A stretch of 64,000 bases of DNA from Nitrospinaceae bacterium (GTDB lineage: Bacteria; Nitrospinota; Nitrospinia; Nitrospinales; VA-1): NCBI GenBank assembly GCA_046754465.1, contig JBHHVU010000004.1, positions 1 through 64,000 of the forward strand. Reading direction: 5' to 3'. This document shows, in pieces, positions 27,710 through 38,067 of this stretch. How positions within the stretch are numbered: the stretch's first letter is position 1; each line of letters begins with the position of its first letter. The notes below the pieces were generated by a model. That model had not been told where the DNA came from. It searched no databases and saw only the letters and a program-made list of their open reading frames with translations. The position numbers were made by a program, and so were the translations under genes.

Positions 27710-29161
27710 ATGAAACCCCCGGAAAAGTCAGTCCCCGATGTTTTAGAGGATAGACAGTATAAATACGGGTTCACCACGGACGTGCCAACCGAAACATTCG
27801 CCAAAGGGCTGAATGAGGATGTGATACGGGCGATTTCCCAGAAGAAAAAGGAACCCCGTTTCATGTTGGATTTCCGGCTCAAGGCTTATGAAAAATGGTT
27901 GGCCATGAAGGAGCCCGCCTGGCCCAACGTGCATTATCCGCCCCTCGATTACCAGAATATCTCGTATTTTTCCGCACCCAAGCCCAAGAAGAAATTGGAG
28001 AGCCTGGATGAAGTGGATCCCGAAATATTGAGGACGTTCGAAAAACTCGGCATCCCCCTCGATGAGCAGAAAAAGCTGGCCAATGTGGCGGTGGACGCGG
28101 TTTTTGACAGCGTGAGCGTGGCGACCACCCATAAGAAAAAATTGATGGAAGTGGGGGTGATCTTTTGCCCCATTTCGGAAGCGATTCAGGAATATCCCGA
28201 ACTGGTCGAGGAATATATGGGCTCCGTCGTCCCGGTCGGGGATAATTTCTACGCCGCCCTGAACAGCGCCGTTTTTACCGACGGGTCCTTCGTCTACATT
28301 CCGCCCAACACGCGCTGTCCCATGGAGCTTTCGACTTATTTCCGCATCAATACCGAAGAGACGGGCCAGTTCGAGCGCACCCTCATCATCTGCGCCGATG
28401 ACAGTTATGTCTCTTACCTGGAAGGTTGCACCGCTCCCCAGTTTGACACCAATCAGTTGCACGCCGCGGTGGTGGAACTCATCGCCCATGAGAACTCCGA
28501 GATCAAATACAGCACCGTTCAAAACTGGTACGCGGGCGATCCGGAAACCGGCAAAGGAGGCATCTATAATTTCGTTACCAAGCGCGGCAAGTGCCAGGGC
28601 AACCATTCCAAGATTTCCTGGACCCAGGTCGAGACCGGGTCCGCCATCACCTGGAAATACCCGAGTTGTATCCTTCAAGGGGACCATTCGGTAGGGGAAT
28701 TCTATTCCGTTGCCCTGACCAACGGTCATATGCAGGCGGACACCGGCACTAAAATGATTCATATCGGCAAGAACACCCGCTCCAGCATCATTTCCAAGGG
28801 AATCTCCGCCGACGTCTCCAGCAATAGTTACCGGGGACTGGTCAAGGTGAACAAGAGCGCTTCCAATGCCCGGAACTACAGTCAGTGCGACAGCATGCTG
28901 GTGGGGGACAAGAGCAGCGCGCATACGTTCCCCTACATCGAAAGCGCGAACAGCTCCGTCCAGATCGAGCACGAGGCCTCCACCTCCAAAATCAGCGAGG
29001 ACCAGCTCTTTTATTTTGAACAGCGCGGGATCTCCAGGGAAAACGCCATCGCCGCAGTGATCAACGGGTTCTGCAAGGAGGTCTTCAAACAGTTGCCCAT
29101 GGAATTCGCCGTGGAGGCCCAAAAGCTGTTGACCCTGAAACTCGAAAACAGTGTCGGATAA
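27710..29161 (+). CDS. sufB: Fe-S cluster assembly protein SufB
   Basis: [45 protein letters not shown] and EHEASTSKI. Alternative start GTG 27698. Confidence 0.96.
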   Translation: MKPPEKSVPDVLEDRQYKYGFTTDVPTETFAKGLNEDVIRAISQKKKEPRFMLDFRLKAYEKWLAMKEPAWPNVHYPPLDYQNISYFSAPKPKKKLESLDEVDPEILRTFEKLGIPLDEQKKLANVAVDAVFDSVSVATTHKKKLMEVGVIFCPISEAIQEYPELVEEYMGSVVPVGDNFYAALNSAVFTDGSFVYIPPNTRCPMELSTYFRINTEETGQFERTLIICADDSYVSYLEGCTAPQFDTNQLHAAVVELIAHENSEIKYSTVQNWYAGDPETGKGGIYNFVTKRGKCQGNHSKISWTQVETGSAITWKYPSCILQGDHSVGEFYSVALTNGHMQADTGTKMIHIGKNTRSSIISKGISADVSSNSYRGLVKVNKSASNARNYSQCDSMLVGDKSSAHTFPYIESANSSVQIEHEASTSKISEDQLFYFEQRGISRENAIAAVINGFCKEVFKQLPMEFAVEAQKLLTLKLENSVG

Positions 29162-29321
29162 ATTGAAATAACACGGAAAGGCGGCAGGCCGGATGGGTTC
29201 CCGGAGGGCGCGCCGGTGTGTCTGTGGGTTCCTCTTCCCGGAGGACTTGTCCGGTACGTTTGTTTCCGGGTCCCTGGATCACTTTCATGGAAAAACATCC
29301 TAACGCAGAGGTAACTGGTTG

Positions 29322-30068
29322 ATGCTTGAAATTAAAGATTTACACGCTGGCCTGGAGGACGCCGAAATTATTAGTGGGATTTCCCTTTCGGTAAAACGAG
29401 GCGAAGTCCATGCCATCATGGGTCCCAATGGTTCCGGGAAAAGCACGCTTGCCAAGGTGCTGGCGGGGCATCCCGCCTATAAGGTCTTCAAGGGGGAGGT
29501 TTTGTTTGAGGGGAAAAACCTTCTGGAGATGGAACCGGAACAACGGGCTCTGGAAGGATTGTTCATGGGGTTTCAATATCCGGTGGAAGTTCCCGGGGTA
29601 AACAACGCCGAATTTTTGCGGATGGCTTATAACGCCAGGTTGATTCGTCAGGGGAAGGAAGAACTGGATCCTCTGGATTTCGATGAAATCCTCGACGAAA
29701 AAATGAAGATTTTGGGAATTGAAAAAAAATACAAAGACCGCAACCTGAATGAGGGTTTATCCGGAGGCGAGAAAAAAAAGAACGAAATTCTTCAAATGGC
29801 TATCCTGCAACCCAAACTGGGGGTCCTGGACGAAACCGATTCCGGCCTGGATATCGACGCCTTGCGGGTGGTCGCCAGCGGGGTGAACAAGCTCAGGAGG
29901 GAAGATAATGCGCTGATCCTGATCACGCATTACCAAAGGTTGCTGGAATACATCCAGCCCGATCATGTTCACGTTCTGAGCCAGGGAAAAATTGTGAAGT
30001 CGGGCGAAAAAAGTCTGGCCCTGGAGCTGGAGGCTCAGGGATACGACTGGCTCACCACCAAAGCTTGA
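29322..30068 (+). CDS. sufC: Fe-S cluster assembly ATPase SufC
   Basis: GPNGSGKST, FQYPVEVPG, SGGEKK, LDETDSGLDIDAL and ITHYQRLL. Confidence 0.96.
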   Translation: MLEIKDLHAGLEDAEIISGISLSVKRGEVHAIMGPNGSGKSTLAKVLAGHPAYKVFKGEVLFEGKNLLEMEPEQRALEGLFMGFQYPVEVPGVNNAEFLRMAYNARLIRQGKEELDPLDFDEILDEKMKILGIEKKYKDRNLNEGLSGGEKKKNEILQMAILQPKLGVLDETDSGLDIDALRVVASGVNKLRREDNALILITHYQRLLEYIQPDHVHVLSQGKIVKSGEKSLALELEAQGYDWLTTKA

Positions 30069-30077
30069 GGAGGAGCC

Positions 30078-31394
30078 ATGGAAGGCACGATAGCTGAAGC
30101 GAGGGATCAGGCGGTATCGGCGGTTCTGGGTCTCCACAAGAAGTTTCTTGAGGAGGGCGGCTCCAATCCGGCCCTCACGGCCCTGTGGGAGTCCGCGATC
30201 CAGCGGTTTGAAACCCTGAAATTTCCCCACCGCAAACACGAAATGTACACCTTCGTGAATACGAAGGAACTGGCCGCCACCCCCTTCGATCTGCAAACCG
30301 AAAATAACATTCCCGGCGAATTCATCCAACGGCACATTTATCCGGGATGCGAAAAAAGTCATCTCACCCTGGTCGATGGCATCCACCGTCCCGAACTTTC
30401 CGATACCTCCGCCCTTGACGGTGCCCTGAGAATCCGCACCCTGGGCGAAGCCGTTTCCGATCCCGATATCCGCGATTATCTGCTTCACACGATTGCCGAG
30501 GAGAACGATGTGTTCGCGTCGATCAACGGCGCGTTCTTCAAGCAGGGCATGATGATCGAGGTCGAGCCGAAGTCCCAGGTGAAAAATCCTCTGCAGATTC
30601 TGCACGTCTCCGGCGGGTCGAAATCCCGTCTGGTGATGACCCGTCCCCGGGTCCTTGTCAAACTGGGAATGCTGGCGGAATTAAAAATGATCGTCAAGTT
30701 CGTCGGTGTACGCGGGAACTACTTCGTCAATGCCGTTCAGGATATCCTGGTGAAAGAAGGAGCGGGGGTGACCTTCACCCAAGTGCAGCAAGATGCGCCG
30801 GATGCCTGGCATTTTTCCAAGGCCCGGGTCGAAATGGAAGCCAACAGCCGGTTCATGGCGGCCAATGCCTCGTCGGGAAGCAAACTGACACGGCATCATT
30901 ACGAAGTGCATCTTAAGGAAGCCGGGGCCGAACTGCGATTGAACGGGGTGAGCGTCTTGACCGATGAAGAGCAGGTCCACAATTTTATCCGCATTCATCA
31001 CGAGGCGCCTCATTGCACGAGCAACCAGCATTTCAAGAATATCGTCAATCAGAGAAGCCGGTCCAGCGTGGACGGAACCGTCGTCGTCAACCCCGGCGCG
31101 CAACTGACCAGTTCCGATCAACTCATCAACAACCTCATGCTTTCCGATGGCGCCCACGCGGACAACAAACCCAATTTGATGATTTTTGCGGACGACGTCA
31201 AATGCACCCATGGGGCGACCATCGGGCAGATCGATGAAGATCAAATGTTTTATTTGAAAACCCGGGGTCTTTCGCAGAAAATCGCCAAGGAACTTCTCAC
31301 CAAGAGTTTCGCGGAAAGCATCATCCAGACCATCGAGTTCCCCGCCGTCGTCGAAGACCTTGAAAACTTTCTTCTGAAAAAACTGGAGGCTTGA
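30078..31394 (+). CDS. sufD: Fe-S cluster assembly protein SufD
   Basis: KPNLMIFADDVKCTHGATIGQIDEDQMFYLKTRG; position in the operon. Confidence 0.95.
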   Translation: MEGTIAEARDQAVSAVLGLHKKFLEEGGSNPALTALWESAIQRFETLKFPHRKHEMYTFVNTKELAATPFDLQTENNIPGEFIQRHIYPGCEKSHLTLVDGIHRPELSDTSALDGALRIRTLGEAVSDPDIRDYLLHTIAEENDVFASINGAFFKQGMMIEVEPKSQVKNPLQILHVSGGSKSRLVMTRPRVLVKLGMLAELKMIVKFVGVRGNYFVNAVQDILVKEGAGVTFTQVQQDAPDAWHFSKARVEMEANSRFMAANASSGSKLTRHHYEVHLKEAGAELRLNGVSVLTDEEQVHNFIRIHHEAPHCTSNQHFKNIVNQRSRSSVDGTVVVNPGAQLTSSDQLINNLMLSDGAHADNKPNLMIFADDVKCTHGATIGQIDEDQMFYLKTRGLSQKIAKELLTKSFAESIIQTIEFPAVVEDLENFLLKKLEA

Positions 31395-31395
31395 C

Positions 31396-32649
31396 ATGCC
31401 AGATCCGGATACCCTTTTGGCCGACAAATCCGCCATAGACGTGGAAAACGTTCGCCGGGAATTTCCTGTTCTATCCCAAAAGATCAACGGGAAACCCTTG
31501 ATCTACCTTGACAACGCCGCTACCACCCAAAAACCCGGACGGGTGATCGAACGGGTGCGGCGGTTTGACACGGAGGAATACGCCACCGTTCGGCGGGGCA
31601 CCTACAAATTGAGCGAAAGGGCCACTCAGCTGTACGAGGAGGCGAGACAGAAAGTAGCCGATTTTCTGGGGACCCCCGATCGCAAGGAAATCGTCTTCAC
31701 CAGCGGCACCACCCAGTCGATCAATCTCGTGGCCTACAGTTTTGGGAGAAAGTTCGTCCAGCCCGGGGACGAGATCATTATTTCCAATATCGAGCACCAC
31801 GCCAATATTGTCCCCTGGCAGGTCCTTTGCGAGGAAAAGGGCGCCCGTTTGAAGGTGATTCCCGTTAATGATCACGGGGAACTCCTCCTCGATGAATACG
31901 GCAAACTGCTTTCCGATAAAACCCGGCTGGTGGCGGTGAACCATGTGTCCAATGCCTTGGGAACCATCAACCCCATCAAGGAAATCATAAAAAAAGCTCA
32001 TGATGCCGGGGCGCGGGTTTTAATCGATGGCGCCCAAAGCACGCCGCACATGAAACTCGATGTGAAAGACCTCGACTGCGATTTCTACACCTTTTCCGGA
32101 CATAAAATGTACGGACCGAGCGGGGTGGGCGGACTATACGGAAAAATGGAGCTTTGGGAGTCGATGGGACCCTATGTGACCGGGGGCGATATGATTTTGC
32201 AGGTGACGCTCGATAAGACCACCTACGCCAAACCGCCCGCCCGCTTTGAGGCCGGGACCCCCCCCATCACCCAGGTGATCGGATTGGGCGAGGCCATCGA
32301 CTTCCTCAATGGGATCTGCATGGATCAAATTTTCGCGTACGAAAAAAGTCTTCTCGAATATGGCACCCGGTTGCTGAGTGGGATCGATGGTTTGCGGATC
32401 ATCGGCACCGCTGGGGACAAGGCCAGTATCATCTCCTTTGTTCTGGACGCCGTCCATCCTCATGATGTGAGCACCCTGCTCGATCAGGATGGTATCGCCG
32501 TCCGGGGCGGGCACCACTGCGCCCAGCCAACGATGATCCGTTTCGGCGTTGCCGCCACCACACGGGCGTCCATGGCGTTTTACAACAAGTTCGAGGAATT
32601 GGATGCCCTGGCGGAAAGCATCCGCAAGATCATCAAGTTGTTTTCCTGA
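31396..32649 (+). CDS. sufS: Cysteine desulfurase SufS
   Basis: YLDNAATTQKP, EHHANIVPW, SGHKMYGP (PLP Lys), FEAGTP and RGGHHCA. Confidence 0.96.
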   Translation: MPDPDTLLADKSAIDVENVRREFPVLSQKINGKPLIYLDNAATTQKPGRVIERVRRFDTEEYATVRRGTYKLSERATQLYEEARQKVADFLGTPDRKEIVFTSGTTQSINLVAYSFGRKFVQPGDEIIISNIEHHANIVPWQVLCEEKGARLKVIPVNDHGELLLDEYGKLLSDKTRLVAVNHVSNALGTINPIKEIIKKAHDAGARVLIDGAQSTPHMKLDVKDLDCDFYTFSGHKMYGPSGVGGLYGKMELWESMGPYVTGGDMILQVTLDKTTYAKPPARFEAGTPPITQVIGLGEAIDFLNGICMDQIFAYEKSLLEYGTRLLSGIDGLRIIGTAGDKASIISFVLDAVHPHDVSTLLDQDGIAVRGGHHCAQPTMIRFGVAATTRASMAFYNKFEELDALAESIRKIIKLFS

Positions 32650-32817
32650 TTCAGAGGCCCCACCGTCCGCCGGAAATTTTCACGCCGTTTCCGCGGAATG
32701 AGTTGGCTCCCGGGGCCTGAAATACTATATTAATGATGGAGAGGTTTTTGACGGCGGATCTGGCGCCGGCAGGTTTCCCCAAGGGGCCTCCGGGGTTTTG
32801 TGGAAAGGATAGGGTGA

Positions 32818-33276
32818 ATGTCGTACGACAATGAACTGTATCAACGGGTGATATTGGATCATAACCGGAATCCCAGGAATTTTCGGGAAATCAAGAACGC
32901 GACCCACCAGTGTCACGGCATCAACCCCCTGTGTGGGGACGATATCACGGTTTATATGGATGTCGATACTCAGGAAGGGGTCATAAAAGACGTCAGTTTT
33001 GTCGGTACCGGATGCGCCATTTCCAAGGCGAGTTCCTCTCTGATGACCGCCTTCTTGAAAGGAAAATCCCTGGAGGATGCCCGGGTCGTTTTCGATGAGT
33101 TTCATAAAATGGTTTTGGGCGAGATGGACCCCGAAAAAGAGGAACATCATCTCGGTAAACTCACCCTGTTCATGGGGATCCGGGAATACCCTTCCCGAAC
33201 CAAGTGCGCCAGTCTGCCCTGGCACACCATGGTGGGGGCATTGGATAAAAAGTCCGAAGGGGTCAGCACGGAATAA
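32818..33276 (+). CDS. sufU: SUF system sulfur-transfer protein SufU
   Basis: ILDHNRNPRN, NPLCGD, GCAISKAS and RTKCASL. Confidence 0.93.
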   Translation: MSYDNELYQRVILDHNRNPRNFREIKNATHQCHGINPLCGDDITVYMDVDTQEGVIKDVSFVGTGCAISKASSSLMTAFLKGKSLEDARVVFDEFHKMVLGEMDPEKEEHHLGKLTLFMGIREYPSRTKCASLPWHTMVGALDKKSEGVSTE

Positions 33277-33335
33277 TTGGGTGAGTCCGTCCCAGGCTGT
33301 TCCGCGGGATATTTGAAAGGAGGTGGACCCTTGTC

Positions 33336-34385
33336 ATGGCCGTCAAAACCCTTCAGAACGAACTCGACGCGTCGACCCGTCCGGGGGAGTTGGTCAAACA
33401 CCTTTCCGGGGGGATTCTGATTTGCACGGCGTGCGGCCATTTGTGCAAGTTGCGGCCCGGGCAACGCGGGGTCTGTAAGGTCCGCTTTAATGAAGGTGGG
33501 ATTTTACGCGTGCCCTTCGGTTATGCCGCCGGGGTCCAGAACGATCCCATCGAAAAAAAACCCTTTTTCCATGTTCTTCCCGGCAGCCTGGCGATGAGTT
33601 TTGGCATGCTGGGCTGCGATTTTCATTGCGCCTACTGTCAGAACTGGTTCACCTCCCAATCCTTGAGAGACGACGGATCCACCCTCCATTTTTCCTCAAT
33701 CACCGCCGCGGAGATTTGCGATTTGGCCCAACGCCGCGGATCCAAAACCGTTGTTTCCACCTACAACGAACCCTTGATCACCAGCGAATGGGCGGTCGAG
33801 GTGTTTCGCGAAGCCAAAAAGCGCGGGTTGCTGACGGGGTACGTCTCCAACGGACACGGCACACCCGAAGTGCTCGAATATATTCGCCCCTGGGTTGACC
33901 TGTTCAAGATCGATCTGAAAAGTTTTTCCGCGAAAAACTACCGCCGGCTGGGAGGCAACCTGAATGCGGTCCTGGAAACGATCCGCCGGGTGCATGCCAT
34001 GGGATTCTGGACCGAAATCGTGACCCTCGTGGTTCCCGGTTACAACGATTCCGACGAGGAACTGGTCCAGATTGCTGAGTTTATCGCTTCCGTATCGGTG
34101 GACATTCCCTGGCACGTCACCGCCTTCCATCCCGATTACCAGATGCAGGACCGGGGGCACACCCCCGCCGCAACCCTGATGCGGGCGAGGCGGCACGGAA
34201 AAGAGGCCGGACTGAAGTTCGTCTATTCGGGCAATCTTCCCGGCCGGGTGGAAGGCACCGAAAACACGTTTTGCCCCGGGTGCGGTGAGACGGTGATCGC
34301 GCGGTGTGGATTCCGGGTGACTGCCAACCATCTCAAACGCGGTGCCTGCCCGGAATGCGGCGAACCCATTCCCGGCAGTTGGTAG
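33336..34385 (+). CDS. amrS: AmmeMemoRadiSam system radical SAM enzyme
   Basis: N-terminal CxxCxxxC...GVCKVR, DPIEKKP, GCDFHCAYCQNW, YNEP, and C-terminal CPxC...CPxC. Confidence 0.9.
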   Translation: MAVKTLQNELDASTRPGELVKHLSGGILICTACGHLCKLRPGQRGVCKVRFNEGGILRVPFGYAAGVQNDPIEKKPFFHVLPGSLAMSFGMLGCDFHCAYCQNWFTSQSLRDDGSTLHFSSITAAEICDLAQRRGSKTVVSTYNEPLITSEWAVEVFREAKKRGLLTGYVSNGHGTPEVLEYIRPWVDLFKIDLKSFSAKNYRRLGGNLNAVLETIRRVHAMGFWTEIVTLVVPGYNDSDEELVQIAEFIASVSVDIPWHVTAFHPDYQMQDRGHTPAATLMRARRHGKEAGLKFVYSGNLPGRVEGTENTFCPGCGETVIARCGFRVTANHLKRGACPECGEPIPGSW

Positions 34386-34506
34386 TTTCCCGGTTCCATG
34401 GGCCGGCGGCGTTCCGCCATTCCTTTCGCGGCGCTTCTTTTAAACTTGATGTGAACCCTTTGGGATATTAGAATTTCTTCTTTGAATTTATTTCCAGGAG
34501 AAAAAA

Positions 34507-34977
34507 TTGAAAAACAAAAAACAAGTCGGAAAAGCCTTGGGCCGCCTTCCCAGCGGCCTGTTCGTGGTGACCGCCAAATGCGGAGACCGGGAAGATGCCG
34601 TTCTGGCAAGCTGGGTCAACCAATGTTCTTTTGAACCGCCCGCTATTTCCATCGCTCTTGCCACCGTGCGTCCGGCCCGGGTTCTGGTGGAAGGGTCGCG
34701 GTCATTCATCCTCAATATCCTTGGAAAAGACGCCAACGGACTCCTCAAGCATTTCAGCAAACCGCCCGAGAAATCGGTCTTTCAAGGACTCAAAACCTCG
34801 AAAGGGCTTAACGATATAAGGATTTTGAACGATGCAGTGTCGTATCTGGAATGCAAAGTGACCCAGTCGGTTCCCGCGGGGGACCATGTGATATATGTCG
34901 GGGAAGTCGTGGGGGGGAAACTGTTGAAAGGCGGCGACCCTTATTTCCATGTGCGGTCGAATGGATTCAACTACTAA
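34507..34977 (+). CDS. Flavin reductase-like FMN-binding protein
   Basis: SGLFVVT, ASWVNQCSFEPP, YLEC and GDH motifs. Confidence 0.9.
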   Translation: MKNKKQVGKALGRLPSGLFVVTAKCGDREDAVLASWVNQCSFEPPAISIALATVRPARVLVEGSRSFILNILGKDANGLLKHFSKPPEKSVFQGLKTSKGLNDIRILNDAVSYLECKVTQSVPAGDHVIYVGEVVGGKLLKGGDPYFHVRSNGFNY

Positions 34978-35240
34978 TTCCAGCCGAGCAATTTGGGCAG
35001 TTCCGTTTTGGTGGCGGCCCAATATCCCAGAACCGCCAAAAAGGCGATCGTGGATACTATGAATATGATCAGTTTGAACAGGCGCTTCGGATCTGACTCA
35101 TAGAATTCCTTGACGTCTTCAGCGAAACTTTCCATCACCCCCTCATCGGGGTGTTTTTTAAAAGTCTTGTCGATCGCGTCCCTTCCATAAATAATTCCAA
35201 AAATGACCGCGATCATCAAAATTTCAATAGCGCCTATCAT
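34974..35240 (-). CDS. Small membrane protein with TatA-like N-terminus
   Basis: MIGAIEILMIAVIFGIIYG N-terminal TM plus a second C-terminal TM. Overlaps the upstream gene's 3' end. Confidence 0.65.
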   Translation of the reverse strand: MIGAIEILMIAVIFGIIYGRDAIDKTFKKHPDEGVMESFAEDVKEFYESDPKRLFKLIIFIVSTIAFLAVLGYWAATKTELPKLLGWN

Positions 35241-37836
35241 GTCCTAATTTCGCGTTCGCATCCAAATAAGTGGGTTGATAATTTTCATCGTCGATGGAGA
35301 AAGGCCATCTTATGAGCTTCTTGGGCGCCTCGGACGCCTCCAGACTTTTGGCGCAACGGAATCCGTAGTCATCCAAACGGCTGTCCGGATAACTGTTGTT
35401 CCGAAACGAGGAATAAATAAAACCGCCCAAATCCCTCCAGGAGCCGCCTCTCAGGACCTTGAACTCCCCGCCGATGGGACCTTTGGGATTCACAGTATGG
35501 GACTTTTCCCCATAATACTCCCGATCATACCAATCGTCCACCCATTCTTTAACGTTGCCGGCCATGTTGAATAGACCGAAGGGGCTTTTTCCCTCGGGAA
35601 GGGCGTTGACGGGGACCATCACCCGGTGGCCCAGCTCCTCGGTCCAGCTTTGAAAATACCGGGCGCGTTGCGGGGTGGGCCGCTCATTTCCCCAGGGATA
35701 ACGGAATTTATTGGGTCCCCGAGCGGCTTTTTCCCATTCGGCCTCGGTGGGCAGCCGTTTGCCTTTCCATTTGCAAAAGGCCTTCGCTCCAACCCAGTTC
35801 ACGTTATTGACCGGATAGGATTCCAGGCCGGGCCGGGTCTCGAATCGCCCATTGTAAAACAGCATTCCGAATTTGTTGTCCAGGTAATACCCCTTGACGT
35901 TGTTGACGGTGTTTAAAAATTGCGCGAAACTCCGGGCCGTTACTTCGTATTTGTCTATCAGGAAGGCATCCACATACACCTTATGTTCGGGCGCTTCATC
36001 CTCCCCCCCTTTATTGGAACCCATGAAAAAAAATCCGGCTGGGATCAGAACCATATCCTCGGGGATGTCCGGGGTTTTCGCGGCCCGCTGGAACCGCGGG
36101 AAAGAATTTTCCGGGGTGGTGGTTTTTTTTGACGCGAGTTGTTGCAGAAGGTCCCTCGCCTCCTGGGCGAACTCACCGGAGGCGTTCCCATCCAGGTATT
36201 GTTTTAAATGCAACCGGGCGTCTTCCCGGTAGCCCCCTTCAAAATAAATCCATCCGGCGAAAAATTCCAGGTCCGGACGATTCGAAAACCGCTTTTCCGC
36301 GTCCAGGATATCCCCGGCCATCCCTGTCACCACGCCGGAATTTTTATCCTCCATGGCTTTCAGGTACCAGTTTCTGGCTTCCGAATAATTCCGGTCCATC
36401 AGGGCGAAAAATCCCAGGTTCATGTGCGCCAGGGTGAGCAGACCCTCCTGAGCTTCCCCTTTTTTCAATCCACGTTTGGTCCAGGCGGCGGCCAGTTTCA
36501 GTTCGCCTTTCCGGTAATGGGTCCACCCAAGTTGGATATAAGCCTTGAGCCGGTCCGGCTGGTTCTCGATAAGATACCGGTAAAGCCGGATCGCCCGGTC
36601 CCAATCCTCCAGCCGGTAATAGGTTTCCGCCAGGGCATCCAACACCTCCGGGTTTCCCGGAAACCGCTCCCTTACCCGATTGAAATTGTCCAGGGCCAGC
36701 CGGTTTTGACCCAGGAAAAGATAAACCCTACCGAGGGTGATCTGGGTTTGATAATCTCCCGGATCGAGCCGCGTCAATATTTTCAAATGCAGAAGAGCAG
36801 AGGTATATTTTTTTTCTACCAGATAAAGTTTCACGAGAACGCGATGCCCCGGAATGAAAGCGGGATCGATTTGCACTGCCTGTAAAAACGCATCGACGGC
36901 CTTTTGGGATTCGCCCGATTTCTGGTAAGCGAGACCCAGATTGAATAAGGTGGACGAATTGTTAGGATCCGATTTTAGGGCCAGCCGGTAATGCCGGATC
37001 GCATCCTCCCTCCGGTTCTGTTCCGAATAGATGTTGGCGAGGTTATTTTGCGCTTCCACCGATTCGGGGTTGATCGCGGTGGAAAGTTCCAGGTAAAACA
37101 CTGCCGTGTCCGGTTGTTTGTTTTTGTAAAATATCATGCCAACGTTGGAGAAGTAGGCCCCCAAGGTTTTTTTCTTTCCCATGTTTTGCATGAAAAAGCG
37201 CCGGGAAGAATCCGTTTCCAGTCCAAACCGCTTCCGGTAAAAGCTGTCGGGAAACCTGGCCCCCAACTCGGTGGCTTCGATATTGATTCGGAATCCGCCG
37301 GAATCGTAACGGACAAAGAAGTGATTTGGCATGGGAACCCCGAACAGCGGCAACCCCAGGCGGTCTCCGATAATGAGATACAAAAGGGAGAGGTTCATGC
37401 AATATCCCCGGTGGGAGGCCAGCATTCCATGCAGGAAAAGCTCCGCCGGATTCAGGGGGATCCCCTGTGGGTCGACCCGTTCCGTATAACGGTATTCCCC
37501 TTCCTCATGAATGGTTTTACGGAGTGCACTGACAATTTCTTCCGGGGAGGAGTTCTCTTTTATCTTTTGACGGGCGGAGGCCGTCAGCCGGTCGAGTTCC
37601 TTTCCCAGGGCAACGGTGTCAATGGTGGGGTCCCAGTGTCTGGAAATAAGGAGTGCTGATTCCGCCAGGTCGATTCCATCTTCGGATGCTGAAAGGATCG
37701 ACTGTAGCCTCTGCTCGATTTCATGGGCCGGGAGAGCTTCAGCACCAGAGGAAACCGGGGTGACCGCCATGAGGATAAGTAGAAAATGGAAGGACAACGC
37801 CGCAAGTGATCGTAGCAGAGTCTGGATTTTTCTCAT
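35224..37836 (-). CDS. Exported multidomain protein: transglutaminase-like (SirB1-type) + TPR + SUMF1/EgtB/PvdO (FGE-sulfatase) domain
   Basis: Signal peptide; RGYCMNLSLLY...PNHFFVRY; multiple TPRs; FFMGS, IDKYEVT, RLPTEAEWEKAARG, MAGNVKEW, RGGSW and GFRCA. Confidence 0.88.
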   Translation of the reverse strand: MRKIQTLLRSLAALSFHFLLILMAVTPVSSGAEALPAHEIEQRLQSILSASEDGIDLAESALLISRHWDPTIDTVALGKELDRLTASARQKIKENSSPEEIVSALRKTIHEEGEYRYTERVDPQGIPLNPAELFLHGMLASHRGYCMNLSLLYLIIGDRLGLPLFGVPMPNHFFVRYDSGGFRINIEATELGARFPDSFYRKRFGLETDSSRRFFMQNMGKKKTLGAYFSNVGMIFYKNKQPDTAVFYLELSTAINPESVEAQNNLANIYSEQNRREDAIRHYRLALKSDPNNSSTLFNLGLAYQKSGESQKAVDAFLQAVQIDPAFIPGHRVLVKLYLVEKKYTSALLHLKILTRLDPGDYQTQITLGRVYLFLGQNRLALDNFNRVRERFPGNPEVLDALAETYYRLEDWDRAIRLYRYLIENQPDRLKAYIQLGWTHYRKGELKLAAAWTKRGLKKGEAQEGLLTLAHMNLGFFALMDRNYSEARNWYLKAMEDKNSGVVTGMAGDILDAEKRFSNRPDLEFFAGWIYFEGGYREDARLHLKQYLDGNASGEFAQEARDLLQQLASKKTTTPENSFPRFQRAAKTPDIPEDMVLIPAGFFFMGSNKGGEDEAPEHKVYVDAFLIDKYEVTARSFAQFLNTVNNVKGYYLDNKFGMLFYNGRFETRPGLESYPVNNVNWVGAKAFCKWKGKRLPTEAEWEKAARGPNKFRYPWGNERPTPQRARYFQSWTEELGHRVMVPVNALPEGKSPFGLFNMAGNVKEWVDDWYDREYYGEKSHTVNPKGPIGGEFKVLRGGSWRDLGGFIYSSFRNNSYPDSRLDDYGFRCAKSLEASEAPKKLIRWPFSIDDENYQPTYLDANAKLGHDRRY

Positions 37837-38067
37837 CTATTTTCCCCCAAGTCAGAATTTCCCGGACCATTATATCAGATGCCCCCGGGGGAAGCAGGTC
37901 TTCCCTGAAGAAAGTGTCCGCGGCCCGCTCCCTGGAATTTGCGAAAAACCGAGGTAGGGAAGATTTTGTTTTTATGATTTTCGTGATAAATTCGCGGGGT
38001 GAGGGCAGGAACATAGATGGATTTATGAAATTCCATTCACCCGTTCATAAAATTTTAATTCCCTCTT

